In this document: positions 10,241 to 20,363 of the stretch, in pieces
How positions within the stretch are numbered: position 1 is the first letter of the stretch
How the letters are laid out: every line of letters starts with the position of its first letter
Assembly: GCA_030835925.1 (NCBI GenBank)
Contig: JAURQW010000017.1
Location: 1 to 52,881, forward strand
Direction of reading: 5' to 3'
Length of the DNA stretch: 52,881 nucleotides
From: Gammaproteobacteria bacterium
GTDB taxonomy: Bacteria > Pseudomonadota > Gammaproteobacteria > GCA-002705445 > GCA-002716945
Notes under the pieces: model-generated
What the model saw: the letters and a program-made list of their open reading frames with translations, nothing else
Database searches by the model: none
What the model was told of the DNA's origin: nothing
Translations under genes and position numbers: made by a program

Positions 10241-10833
10241 TAGATCATTTCTTTAGTAGATGGTAGTTTGTGAGCCTGTCTTGGATCAATTGATACTGCC
10301 ATTTTTAGTGCTTTTCCAAATGCTTTAAAAATAGTTTCTGCAATATGGTGAGCGTTACATCCTCGTATATTGTCTATATGAATTGTAGCTTTTGCATGAT
10401 TAGCAAATCCATGAAAAAATTCTTGGAGCAAATCTATATCAAAGTCACCTACTCGAGATCTCGGATAAGTTACATTATATTGTACACCCGGTCTTCCAGA
10501 AAAATCCAAAACAACTCTCGATAGTGATTCGTCTAAAGGGACATAGAAAAATCCAAACCTAGTGATGCCAATTTTGTCACCGAGAGCTTTGTCAAATGCT
10601 TGTCCTAAAACAATGCCTATATCTTCCACGGTATGATGTGCATCAATATCCAAATCCCCTACGGCTTTAATTGATAAGTCAAACATCCCATGTCTTGTTA
10701 CCTGTTCTAGCATGTGCTCAAGAAAGGGCAGAGATGCCGACAAGTCTGAGATGCCATTCCCATCTAGATTTAACTCTGCTTTGATTTGAGTTTCCTTTGT
10801 ATTTCTTTCTATTTTTGATATACGATTTTTCAT
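10240..10833 (-). CDS. hisB: Imidazoleglycerol-phosphate dehydratase (monofunctional)
   Basis: 197 aa. Metal-binding motifs [10 protein letters not shown] and NAHHIAE. No HAD phosphatase domain. Confidence 0.95.
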   Translation of the reverse strand: MKNRISKIERNTKETQIKAELNLDGNGISDLSASLPFLEHMLEQVTRHGMFDLSIKAVGDLDIDAHHTVEDIGIVLGQAFDKALGDKIGITRFGFFYVPLDESLSRVVLDFSGRPGVQYNVTYPRSRVGDFDIDLLQEFFHGFANHAKATIHIDNIRGCNAHHIAETIFKAFGKALKMAVSIDPRQAHKLPSTKEMI

Positions 10834-10850
10834 AAGCTATCTATAACATA

Positions 10851-11612
10851 TTATGATGATTTAAGCCATTGGTTTACTAATTCAATTAAAATATCAGGCT
10901 CATTCAGATAATAATGATCAGCGCCCTTAACTTCTAAAGATTCAACTACAGGATATTCAGATTTTAGTCTGTCTGCAAAAGATTTCACAGAATTATGATC
11001 ATTCCCACCATAAATATTTAACAGCGAACCTTCATAATGCGACAAGTCAATATCATCAAGTATAAATTGATCTTTATCTACAGCGCCAGCGCCAATGAGT
11101 ATTATCCCCAAGATATTTTTAGAGGAATTGTTTTTCATAAATGATAGAAGCATGTGAGCACCACAACTATGAGCAATGATAAATATTTTCTTAGTGGTGA
11201 TATAATCTATTGATGACTGTATTCTTGCATCTGAATAACTGAATATTTTAAAATAGTCATTATATGTTTTACCTTTAGACAGGACAGGTAATTGTAACGA
11301 ATAAACATTATAGTTTTTATCAATTAAATGAGTTCTAAGAGGATTGATTACGTTTGGCTCTGTAGGATGTAGACCTCGCCCATGCAATAGTAAAATAGAT
11401 GTATCAGAAGAATTAATATGTGACACTAGATTAAATTTATCCTCTAGCTGGCTACTTAACTCTATAATATCCGATTCAAAAACAAAACTCGTTATCTGCT
11501 CATTTATATTATTTTCCCTAGAGTAATCAGGAAGGGAGTCAGCTAATATATTTGATGCAAATAAAAAAAATATAGCTAAGAAATAGTTTTTTTTATGAAA
11601 TAAGTTCATCAT
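10851..11612 (-). CDS. Secreted alpha/beta-fold hydrolase (possibly DUF3530-like)
   Basis: 253 aa. Hydrophobic N-terminal signal (NYFLAIFFLFASNILA), LLLHGRGLHP, and a nucleophile-elbow-like IIAHSCGAH. Confidence 0.55.
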   Translation of the reverse strand: MMNLFHKKNYFLAIFFLFASNILADSLPDYSRENNINEQITSFVFESDIIELSSQLEDKFNLVSHINSSDTSILLLHGRGLHPTEPNVINPLRTHLIDKNYNVYSLQLPVLSKGKTYNDYFKIFSYSDARIQSSIDYITTKKIFIIAHSCGAHMLLSFMKNNSSKNILGIILIGAGAVDKDQFILDDIDLSHYEGSLLNIYGGNDHNSVKSFADRLKSEYPVVESLEVKGADHYYLNEPDILIELVNQWLKSS

Positions 11613-12534
11613 GACTGTTAAATATTTCTAAAAGTTTTTTGGTAATTCCAGGCTCTAGGAGTGAATGTCCTGCATCTTCAATTATATGTAGTTTAGAATT
11701 TATGTAAACTTTGTGTAGGTCGTATGCTTGTTTAAAAGGACAAACTATATCATATCTACCATGAATAATTTCACACTTTATATTTTTCAATACATCAATA
11801 TTTTTAATAATTTGATTTTCTTCTATAAAGCAGTCATTTTGAAAAAAATGTGTTTCTATCTTTGATAGAGATATAGCGCACTCGTCAAATTGATTTACTA
11901 CATCATCAGAAGGGTATAAAGTTGAACATCGGCCTTCCCATATTGCCCACCTTTTACATAATTCTTTACTGAGCTCAAGATCATCCCCATGTATCCTTTT
12001 ATGATAAGCTGATAAGATGTCTGATCTTTCGTCAGTAGGAATTAAACTTATAAAGTCAGACCAATAATCTGGAAAAACTTCATGAGCGCCGCGTTGATAA
12101 AACCACATGATATCAGACTTCCTGCATAAGAATACTCCTCTTAGAACCATAGAGTAGACATATGATGGGTATTTCTGACTAAATAATAAAGCCAGTGTAG
12201 AACCCCATGATCCACCATATATGATTGTTTTCTTTATATCTAAAAAATCTAGGATATTTTTTATGTCTTCAATTAGTTTTTGCGAAGTGTTGTTATTAAT
12301 CGATCCATAAGGTGATGATTTGCCAGATCCTCTTTGATCAAAAAGTATTATTCTATATTTAGTTGGATCAAAAAATCTACGATAGATTGAACTTGTTCCG
12401 GCACCTGGGCCACCATGTAAAAACAAGACAGGTATTCCAGACGGATTCCCTGATTGCTCAATATATAGTTTATGATCATTACCAACTGTTAGGTAGTCTA
12501 ACTTATATGGTTCTATCTTAGAAAATATACTCAT
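11593..12534 (-). CDS. pip: Prolyl aminopeptidase (proline iminopeptidase)
   Basis: 313 aa. Has LFLHGGPGAG, nucleophile GGSWGSTLAL, and a C-terminal DAGHS. Confidence 0.8.
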   Translation of the reverse strand: MSIFSKIEPYKLDYLTVGNDHKLYIEQSGNPSGIPVLFLHGGPGAGTSSIYRRFFDPTKYRIILFDQRGSGKSSPYGSINNNTSQKLIEDIKNILDFLDIKKTIIYGGSWGSTLALLFSQKYPSYVYSMVLRGVFLCRKSDIMWFYQRGAHEVFPDYWSDFISLIPTDERSDILSAYHKRIHGDDLELSKELCKRWAIWEGRCSTLYPSDDVVNQFDECAISLSKIETHFFQNDCFIEENQIIKNIDVLKNIKCEIIHGRYDIVCPFKQAYDLHKVYINSKLHIIEDAGHSLLEPGITKKLLEIFNSHDELIS

Positions 12535-12589
12535 CTAGACATTATAATGAAAATTTTGATATATATCATTAAAAGGCTAAATCTTAGAA

Positions 12590-13576
12590 CTACTTACTAT
12601 AAGGATACTTTTGCCCATTGGGTCGCGTCTGGAACAACCTCAAGCTCCACATATACTGTTCAACATTCCTATTAATTAATTTTTCAAAAGCTCTGTTTAT
12701 AATTTCAGCATCATCACTTAGATGTCCAGTAGGGAATTTTGTAAGAGGTTGATCAATGTATGTTATGTACTTATTTTTCGAAGAAGAATAATGATTAATA
12801 CATGGTATCACTGTAGCTTTTGATAGACTTGCTATTTTAGTGATTGAGATTAAAGTGGATTTTGTTTCATCAAAGAAATTAGCAAACTCAGAATTCTTTT
12901 CACCAAGATCCTCATCACCAATATAATAGAATATAATTGGTGTTTTAAGAGCTTTGATAATTTTTTTGAATGAGAGGTTATCTCTTGGGTAAACTATACT
13001 ATTATCTGTATCTTTACTTCTTGATCTACCAATAAACCAATTTAGTAATTTATTTCTAAAAGGTTTATATATACTGATAATAGGATATCTTGATATTGAA
13101 CGACCTCCAAAATCAAGGGACACGGTATGAGGTGTTAATAAAATTACCCCCTTACCTTTTGAGAGCTCATTGTCGATATAGTGTTCATTTATGATCTCAC
13201 AGTTATTCTGTAAAGATTTGTCTGACCGCCACCAAAGTGAAGGCATATCGATAATTGTGTTACCGAGATTTTTAAAATACTCATTATGGATTTTTTTAAG
13301 TTCTACTGCGGTCTTTGATTTAAAACAAAGTGATAGATTAGTCATGACTATATGACTTCTCTTGGTGTTAGAGTACTTAATAAATGAACCAATTGATGAT
13401 CCTATGAGTTGCCTTAATGGTTTAGGTAAATAGATAAGGAAAAAAGATAGAGAAATTATTATCCAAGAAAACCAATAATCTGGTAGTAAATATCTAAATG
13501 AAAAACTCTCTCTATTCACTAATTCAACTTTAAGAGGATTATTTTTTGAAAGAAAAGGTTTTGCTTTTGTATCCAT
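12590..13576 (-). CDS. lpxL: Lipid A biosynthesis late acyltransferase (LpxL/HtrB family)
   Basis: 328 aa. N-terminal membrane anchor, HX4D acyltransferase motif (PHTVSLD), and a family-typical length. Confidence 0.7.
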   Translation of the reverse strand: MDTKAKPFLSKNNPLKVELVNRESFSFRYLLPDYWFSWIIISLSFFLIYLPKPLRQLIGSSIGSFIKYSNTKRSHIVMTNLSLCFKSKTAVELKKIHNEYFKNLGNTIIDMPSLWWRSDKSLQNNCEIINEHYIDNELSKGKGVILLTPHTVSLDFGGRSISRYPIISIYKPFRNKLLNWFIGRSRSKDTDNSIVYPRDNLSFKKIIKALKTPIIFYYIGDEDLGEKNSEFANFFDETKSTLISITKIASLSKATVIPCINHYSSSKNKYITYIDQPLTKFPTGHLSDDAEIINRAFEKLINRNVEQYMWSLRLFQTRPNGQKYPYSK

Positions 13577-13583
13577 GAAGTCT

Positions 13584-15026
13584 TTAGTATTTCCAAAAGT
13601 ATGGCGTTAGTACTATCAATAACGTAAAAATTTCTAACCTACCTAATATCATTGTGAAGGTTAGAATATATTTAGAAAACAAATTTAAATTACTATAATC
13701 GTTAACAGCCTCTCCAAGAGCAGGGCCTAAGTTGTTAATGCATGAGGCGACTGTTGAAAACGATGTTGCAATATCATGGCCAGATAACAATACTAAAAGT
13801 GATAATAATAGATAAGATATTACATAGAACAGAAAAAAGTTATATAAAGTCCCCGAAAGATCATCATTAATAGGTGATCGATTAATTCTTATAGGTATTT
13901 CAGCAGTTGGATGCAATATTTTTAATAGTTCTTTTTTGAGTAACTTAAATATCAACAAAACTCTGACAACTTTAAGTCCACCTCCGGTTGAGCCAGCACA
14001 AGCACCTATGAAGCTCACCAGTATTAAAGCAGTTATAATGAAATCTGGCCAGTCACCATATCGGGTAGTTGTAAATCCTGATGTTGTTATGAAGGATATT
14101 GTTTGAAATATTATGTCATGAAGTGGGATATTAACGTTAGTGCTGAATGAGACATATAAAATAAACACCGACAACAAACTAAGAATAATTAATGTATATG
14201 TAATAAACTCTGAATCTTTCAAATAGCATGACAAACTCTTCGATGATAAAGCCATATAATGCAAAACAAAGTTAATTGCTGAAATCAGCATGAAAAATAC
14301 GCATATGACCTCGATCATAGAGTTATTATAGTAACCAATACTTAAGTTATGGGTTGAGAAACCGCCTATAGCAATAGTTGAAAAGCTATGGGCAATTGAG
14401 TCAAACAGGTTCATCCCGGCAACATAATATAATAAAGCACATGAAACTGTTAGGCCAAGGTATATTGACCAAAGACTTTTTGCAGTTTCTGCAATTCTAG
14501 GAGATATTTTATTATCCTTGATCGGGCCAGTTGATTCAGCTTTATATAACTGCATACCACCAACACCAAGCATTGGCAGAATAGCTAAAGCTAGTATAAC
14601 AATACCCATGCCACCCAACCATTGTAATTCCTGACGATAAATAAGTATAGATGGAGAAAGAATATCTAGGTTATTTATTATAGTTGCTCCGGTTGTAGTC
14701 CATCCAGATACTGACTCGAAAAGAGCATCGGTAAAACTAAGCGAAAGTTGTTTATCTAACATGAAAGGTATAGAGCTAGCTATACTTAAAATAACCCAGA
14801 AAAGCACTACAATCAGAAACCCTTCTTTTATCTTAATATCATTTTTAGCAGAAATATTGGGCAAGTATAAAATTGAACCTAGTCCTAAAATTATTAAGAA
14901 TGAATAAATAAAAGTGTAATGGTTGCCATCAGAATAAATAAAGGATGTGATCAAGGGAATAACAAGTGTAACGCTAAATAAGAGAAGCATTATTCCAACG
15001 ATTTTTTGCATTATTGAATCGTTCAT
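13584..15026 (-). CDS. trkH: Trk-type potassium uptake protein TrkH
   Basis: 480 aa polytopic membrane protein with repeated pore-loop GG motifs (SGWTTTG, AIGGFS, TSGFTT). Adjacent to trkA. Confidence 0.85.
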   Translation of the reverse strand: MNDSIMQKIVGIMLLLFSVTLVIPLITSFIYSDGNHYTFIYSFLIILGLGSILYLPNISAKNDIKIKEGFLIVVLFWVILSIASSIPFMLDKQLSLSFTDALFESVSGWTTTGATIINNLDILSPSILIYRQELQWLGGMGIVILALAILPMLGVGGMQLYKAESTGPIKDNKISPRIAETAKSLWSIYLGLTVSCALLYYVAGMNLFDSIAHSFSTIAIGGFSTHNLSIGYYNNSMIEVICVFFMLISAINFVLHYMALSSKSLSCYLKDSEFITYTLIILSLLSVFILYVSFSTNVNIPLHDIIFQTISFITTSGFTTTRYGDWPDFIITALILVSFIGACAGSTGGGLKVVRVLLIFKLLKKELLKILHPTAEIPIRINRSPINDDLSGTLYNFFLFYVISYLLLSLLVLLSGHDIATSFSTVASCINNLGPALGEAVNDYSNLNLFSKYILTFTMILGRLEIFTLLIVLTPYFWKY

Positions 15027-15030
15027 TATA

Positions 15031-16401
15031 TTAAAAAAAACCTACACTGACCTGAAACATTTTTTCAATTCTTGAAATCTCTTTTTTTTCTAGTACAAAA
15101 ATAATGACATGATCATCAGTCTCAATAGTCAAATCATCATTGGCTAGCAAAACTTGATCGCCTCTAACTAGGGCCCCAATCACTATTGAACTAGGCAAAT
15201 CAAGTTGTGATATTTTTTTCCCAACTAACTTAGAAGTTTTAGAATCACCATGAACAATTATCTCCATAGCCTCAGCATCTCCGGCCATAAGTTGATGTAC
15301 ATTAACTATATCACTTGTCCTAACAGAGGCTAACAATGATCCAATAGTTACATCTTCAGGTGACACAACTATATCAATCTCCTTAGAAACAAGATTTCTA
15401 TAAGATGACTTATTAACTATAGCGATAGTTTTCTTTGCACCCATATCTTTAGCTAGTTTTGCTGATAATATATTCATTTGATCATTGTTGGTAACAGCAC
15501 AAAAATAATCAACATCTGAAATATTTTCATTTGTTAATAATGATTCATCAGCTATATCATTGTTTAAGACAACTGTTGATGATAATTCAAGAGAAGCTCT
15601 CTTTGCTGTATGTTTATCTTTTTCTATTAATTTAAGATTATATATAGTCTCGAGTTTTTTTGCTAAAGCTGACCCTACTCTGCCACCACCAGCAATCATG
15701 ACATTATGTGGTTTTTCTGTCGACTTTCTCAACTCACTCATAAAGCGCATATTTTCCTCGGTGGCCAAAAAGAAAACATCATCATCTGGTAAAATTACAG
15801 TATCGCCATTAGGAATTATATGTTTATTCTGTCTATATATAGCAACTACCTTGACATCAACATTAGGCATATGATTCTTAAATTCAGATAATTTCTTACC
15901 TGAGAGTGGGCCGTCAGATAGCACAGTAGCTGCAAGGACCTGAACTAACCCTGATGCAAATTCAAAAGCTTGGAAAGCTCCAGGATGATCCAATATATTC
16001 TTAACATAGTCTGTTAATAAAATATTTGGACTAATTACCTCACTTATTGAAAAAAATAATTTATCAAAGTTATCTTCATCTCGTAAATATTCATTTGCTC
16101 TTAGCCTTGCGATTCTCTTAGGTACATTAAATAAAGATTTTGCAATGTGACATGCCGCCATATTAACTTCATCACTTCCAGTTACAGCTATTACCATGTC
16201 TGAATTCTCTGCATCGGCTAGTTTTTGAACAGAAGGATAAGACGCTAGTCCATGAATAGTTTTTATATCAATTTTTTCTTTAAGTGCAGTCAACACATCC
16301 TTGTCGTAATCAACCAAGGTTATATCGTTTCCATCATCAGAGAGAATTTTAGCTACGGAAGAGCCAACTTGACCACCGCCAAAGACTATGATTTTTTTCA
16401 T
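15031..16401 (-). CDS. trkA: Trk system potassium uptake protein TrkA (tandem RCK/NAD-binding)
   Basis: 456 aa. Two Rossmann repeats (IIVFGGGQVGSSVA and VMIAGGGRVGSALA). Confidence 0.9.
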   Translation of the reverse strand: MKKIIVFGGGQVGSSVAKILSDDGNDITLVDYDKDVLTALKEKIDIKTIHGLASYPSVQKLADAENSDMVIAVTGSDEVNMAACHIAKSLFNVPKRIARLRANEYLRDEDNFDKLFFSISEVISPNILLTDYVKNILDHPGAFQAFEFASGLVQVLAATVLSDGPLSGKKLSEFKNHMPNVDVKVVAIYRQNKHIIPNGDTVILPDDDVFFLATEENMRFMSELRKSTEKPHNVMIAGGGRVGSALAKKLETIYNLKLIEKDKHTAKRASLELSSTVVLNNDIADESLLTNENISDVDYFCAVTNNDQMNILSAKLAKDMGAKKTIAIVNKSSYRNLVSKEIDIVVSPEDVTIGSLLASVRTSDIVNVHQLMAGDAEAMEIIVHGDSKTSKLVGKKISQLDLPSSIVIGALVRGDQVLLANDDLTIETDDHVIIFVLEKKEISRIEKMFQVSVGFF

Positions 16402-16461
16402 TTCTTTATATGGGTTATTTTCAAGATATTATTTTACACCAAATTAATCATATTATTATAT

Positions 16462-17397
16462 TTATTTACCAGAATAACTCTTTATTTTAGTTGAGAATTG
16501 ACTATTAGAGTTATAAAGATCCTTATAAGTTATAATATTCTTACCAGGCAATTGTAACTTATTTATCTGAATAGTGCCTTTTTTAGCTTTAATTTCAAAC
16601 TTATGATGATCAAAGTTTATTACGGTTCCAGGCAAATATGTATTAGAATCATTAAAACATGTGGCTTGATGTATTTTAAACTTTACGCCAAAAAGTTCTG
16701 CCTGTACTCCAGGCCAACCTGCAAAGGCTTTAACTTTTGCTATGATTGTCTCTGCATCCTCATTCCAGTTAATAATTGACTCGTCCTTAGAAAGTTTTGT
16801 GGCATAAGTCGCTAGACTATTTTTTTGTGGAATGAGTGCCTTATTGTTTAGATTATAGTCTAGAATATTTTCAATATTTGCTATTGCTAAATCTGTTAAT
16901 TTTTCCTGTAGTGAAAGCGAATCATCATCATCTTTAATTAAGTATTCATAAGACGCTAACATATTGCCGGTATCAAGATTTTCATCGATCTTGAAAAATG
17001 TTATGCCCGTTAGGCTATCTCTATTAAGTAGCGCTCTCTGAATAGGGGCGGCTCCCCTCCATCTTGGTAATAGAGAACAGTGAAGATTTATTACACCAAA
17101 TTTTGGTATATTTATAATCTCTTTTGGTAGAATCTTTCCATATGCATATATTAAAAAAATATCAGCATCTAAGGACTTCAACTCTGTAATAAAATCTGTA
17201 CTACGCAAATTCGTTTGATATAAAGTATGTAAATTATTTTCTTCGGCAAACAAGCCTACCGGGGTTTTAAGTTCTTTCCTCTTTTTGTCTTTCTTAACAT
17301 CCTGTGTTACAACAGCTTTGACGGAATGTTTGCTTGAAATTAGATAGCTTAAAACCCTTGATGAATATATCGGGCTACCAAAAAAAACGATGTTCAA
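16462..17397 (-). CDS. fmt: Methionyl-tRNA formyltransferase
   Basis: 311 aa. MNIVFFGSPIYS N-terminus, the HCSLLPRWRGAAPIQRA motif, and position downstream of def. Confidence 0.9.
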   Translation of the reverse strand: MNIVFFGSPIYSSRVLSYLISSKHSVKAVVTQDVKKDKKRKELKTPVGLFAEENNLHTLYQTNLRSTDFITELKSLDADIFLIYAYGKILPKEIINIPKFGVINLHCSLLPRWRGAAPIQRALLNRDSLTGITFFKIDENLDTGNMLASYEYLIKDDDDSLSLQEKLTDLAIANIENILDYNLNNKALIPQKNSLATYATKLSKDESIINWNEDAETIIAKVKAFAGWPGVQAELFGVKFKIHQATCFNDSNTYLPGTVINFDHHKFEIKAKKGTIQINKLQLPGKNIITYKDLYNSNSQFSTKIKSYSGK

Positions 17398-17413
17398 TTT
17401 ATTTTCCTAGTTG

Positions 17414-17950
17414 TTAAATATTATATGGTACGTTTTTTCTTGAAGGTACGGTATTGCTTGACTCTGCTTTTTTAATTTTTTTTGCAATTCTATCTCTTTT
17501 TAGTTGAGATATATAGTCGACAAATAATTTTCCATCTAAATGATCAATTTCATGTTGAACACAAACGCTCAATAAACCATCTGCATTCATGGTATGCTTG
17601 CTGCCAGTTAAATCTTGATACGTAAAATTGATTAAATTATATCTCTCAACTTTTTCGTAAAAACCTGGCACAGATAAACAGCCTTCTTCAAAGGTTATCA
17701 AATCCTGTTTATCTATAATTAATGGGTTCACTAAAAACAATGGTTCATTCCTAGACTCGCTTATATCTATAACAATTAATCTTATAGGCAAGTTAACCTG
17801 AACAGCTGCTAATCCTATGCCTTTAGATTGATACATCGTTTCAAGCATATCAGTTGCTATTTTTTCAAGTTTTTCATCAAAAGTATCAATATTATGACCC
17901 TTTTGCCTTAATTTGTTATCTGGATAATGTAGTATATTTAATAATGTCAT
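17414..17950 (-). CDS. def: Peptide deformylase
   Basis: 178 aa. All three signature motifs are present: GIGLAAVQV, EGCLSVPG and QHEIDHLDG. Confidence 0.95.
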   Translation of the reverse strand: MTLLNILHYPDNKLRQKGHNIDTFDEKLEKIATDMLETMYQSKGIGLAAVQVNLPIRLIVIDISESRNEPLFLVNPLIIDKQDLITFEEGCLSVPGFYEKVERYNLINFTYQDLTGSKHTMNADGLLSVCVQHEIDHLDGKLFVDYISQLKRDRIAKKIKKAESSNTVPSRKNVPYNI

Positions 17951-17971
17951 GTTTAAAGTTAATAAAAAGTC

Positions 17972-18001
17972 TTGTCAATATATCTATTTTAATAGTATAA
18001 A
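17972..18001 (+). promoter_or_regulatory. Candidate topA promoter (TTGTCA-N18-TATAAA)
   Basis: Motif match in the 88-bp def/topA divergent spacer, about 38 nt upstream of the topA ATG. The AT-rich background makes chance matches likely. Confidence 0.2.
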
Positions 18002-18038
18002 GTAAAAAAATATATATTTATAAGAGTAAGATGAAATA

Positions 18039-20363
18039 ATGAAGAATCTATTAATTGTGGAATCCCCTACTAAAGTCAAATCTATAGAAAAATTCTTAGG
18101 GAAAGATTACAAAGTTCTTGCTTCTGTTGGTCATGTCAGAGATTTGATGTCTAGTTCAAGAAAAGGCATAGATGTAGAAAATGACTATGCACCTGTTTGG
18201 AGAGTCTCCAAAGATAAGAAAGATATAATCAGTGAGATCAAGAAGTATTCTAAAGATGCAAAAACTGTTTACTTCGCTACAGATCCTGACAGGGAAGGAG
18301 AGGCAATATCTAAACATATATATGACATCTTGGATAAAGCGAAATTATTAAAAGGTAAAAATACTTATAGGGTTGCTTTTAATGAGATTACAGAAAATGC
18401 TGTATTAACAGCACTCAAAAACCCAAGAGAAATATCCACGGATCTTTGGAATGCTTATCTAACAAGAAGAACTCTAGATTATTTAATGGGTTACGATATA
18501 TCAGAATTTCTATGGAAGAAAGTTAGTAGACTAGCCAGAGGTGGAAGAGTACAAAGCCCAGCCTTGAGACTTATAGTAGAAAAAGAGAATGAGATCAGTA
18601 AATTTCAACCGATAGAATACTGGATAGGCTCCCTTGTTGCTTGTAGCAAGGATGATTGTATAGACTTGGACTTGATATCGATCGATGACACTAAGGTAAA
18701 AAACGGAAACATAACAACCATACTGACCGAGAAAGATGCATCTAAAATAAAGACAGATTTAGATAAACATAAAAAAATAAATATCAATGATATAAAAACT
18801 TCTGAGAGAAAACTAAAACCAAGGCCGCCGTTTACAACAGCTTCTCTTCAGCAAGCAGCATATTCAAGCCTTGGTTTCTCTGTAAAAATGACATCAAGTA
18901 TTGCGCAAAGATTGTATCAAGGCATGGCTTTGGGGGATGATGAAACAGTTGGCTTGATTTCATATATGAGGACAGACTCAACTAATTTATCTCAAGATTG
19001 TTTAAATGATATCAATGATTATTTAAGTAAAAACCATCCTAAGTTTCAATCAAAAGAAGTTAGGAGATACTCAAAGAAAGTAAAAAATGCTCAAGAAGCC
19101 CATGAGGCCATAAGACCAACATCAGTCTTTAATACACCAGATAAAATAAAAAAATATCTAGATGAATCAGAGTACAAACTATATAACCTTATCTGGAAAA
19201 GAACTATAGCTTCACAAATGATCGATGCAACATACAAACAAGTCGGGATAGATTTTTTGTTATCAGATAAATATAAGTTTAAATATAGTGGTTCATTTTT
19301 AAAAGATAATGGTTTCAAAGAAATATATGATTTATCTGAGAATGATGAAAAAGAGAAGGTAAACAAAAGAATTTTGCAAAACTTGAAAAAAGGCGACGAA
19401 CTATCTATCAAAGAAATCAATATGGATCAAAAATTTACTCAACCACCAGCTAGATATAATCAAGCTAGCTTGATACAAGCACTCGAAGAACTTGGTATTG
19501 GTAGACCTTCTACATATGTAACGATTATATCTAAAATCTTAGAAAGTAATTATGTGGATCCAGAAGCTAGTAACTTCCAACCTACAGCACTTGCGAAGGT
19601 AGTTTGCGAGACTTTGACAAAACATTTTAGTAATGATTTGGTTGATTATGATTTTACAGCTCGTTTAGAAGAAAACTTAGACCTTATAGCTAACGGTGAA
19701 AAAGACTCTATGTCTTGTATCAAAGACACATATGAACCATTTAGAGTCAATCTTGAAGAGAAATTAACCTCCGTAGACATTTCTGAAACTCGTGAACTAA
19801 AAAATCTAGGCATCCATCCAGATACTGGACGACCTGTTACAGTTAGGTTAACAAAATATGGCCCAACGATACAAATGGGCACAAAAGAAGATGAAGAAAA
19901 ACCTAAATGGGCTGCATTAACTTATGAACAGAAGAAAAATATTGACGGTATTACAATGGATGATGCTATCAGATTATTTGCTCTTCCAGAAAAAATTGGT
20001 ATTCACAATAAGGAAGATATCTTTATAAATATCGGACCTTTTGGCCCTTACTTGAAATGGGGCAAAACAAATGTATCAGTTCGCGGGCAAGATATTTTCG
20101 CTATCGAGGAAGACGAAGCAATTGAATTAATAAAAGAAAAATTAGAAATCGATGCTAATAGAGATATTAAAATATTTGAAGAATCTGGAATAAAAGTTCT
20201 AAATGGCAGGTTTGGGCCATATATAACCAATGGTAAAGTTAATGCCAAAATACCTAAAGATGTTGACCCAAAGAGTTTAGATGAAAATACCTGTATAGAA
20301 TTAATCAAAAATGCACCAAAAAGAAAATTCAGGCGTAAATTTAGAGCCAAGAAAACAACATGA
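18039..20363 (+). CDS. topA: DNA topoisomerase I
   Basis: 774 aa. Toprim LLIVESPTKVKSI and DPDREGE, with the active-site Tyr context ISYMRTDS. The C-terminal G(R/P)FGPY repeats carry no Cys4 zinc ribbons. Confidence 0.95.
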   Translation: MKNLLIVESPTKVKSIEKFLGKDYKVLASVGHVRDLMSSSRKGIDVENDYAPVWRVSKDKKDIISEIKKYSKDAKTVYFATDPDREGEAISKHIYDILDKAKLLKGKNTYRVAFNEITENAVLTALKNPREISTDLWNAYLTRRTLDYLMGYDISEFLWKKVSRLARGGRVQSPALRLIVEKENEISKFQPIEYWIGSLVACSKDDCIDLDLISIDDTKVKNGNITTILTEKDASKIKTDLDKHKKININDIKTSERKLKPRPPFTTASLQQAAYSSLGFSVKMTSSIAQRLYQGMALGDDETVGLISYMRTDSTNLSQDCLNDINDYLSKNHPKFQSKEVRRYSKKVKNAQEAHEAIRPTSVFNTPDKIKKYLDESEYKLYNLIWKRTIASQMIDATYKQVGIDFLLSDKYKFKYSGSFLKDNGFKEIYDLSENDEKEKVNKRILQNLKKGDELSIKEINMDQKFTQPPARYNQASLIQALEELGIGRPSTYVTIISKILESNYVDPEASNFQPTALAKVVCETLTKHFSNDLVDYDFTARLEENLDLIANGEKDSMSCIKDTYEPFRVNLEEKLTSVDISETRELKNLGIHPDTGRPVTVRLTKYGPTIQMGTKEDEEKPKWAALTYEQKKNIDGITMDDAIRLFALPEKIGIHNKEDIFINIGPFGPYLKWGKTNVSVRGQDIFAIEEDEAIELIKEKLEIDANRDIKIFEESGIKVLNGRFGPYITNGKVNAKIPKDVDPKSLDENTCIELIKNAPKRKFRRKFRAKKTT

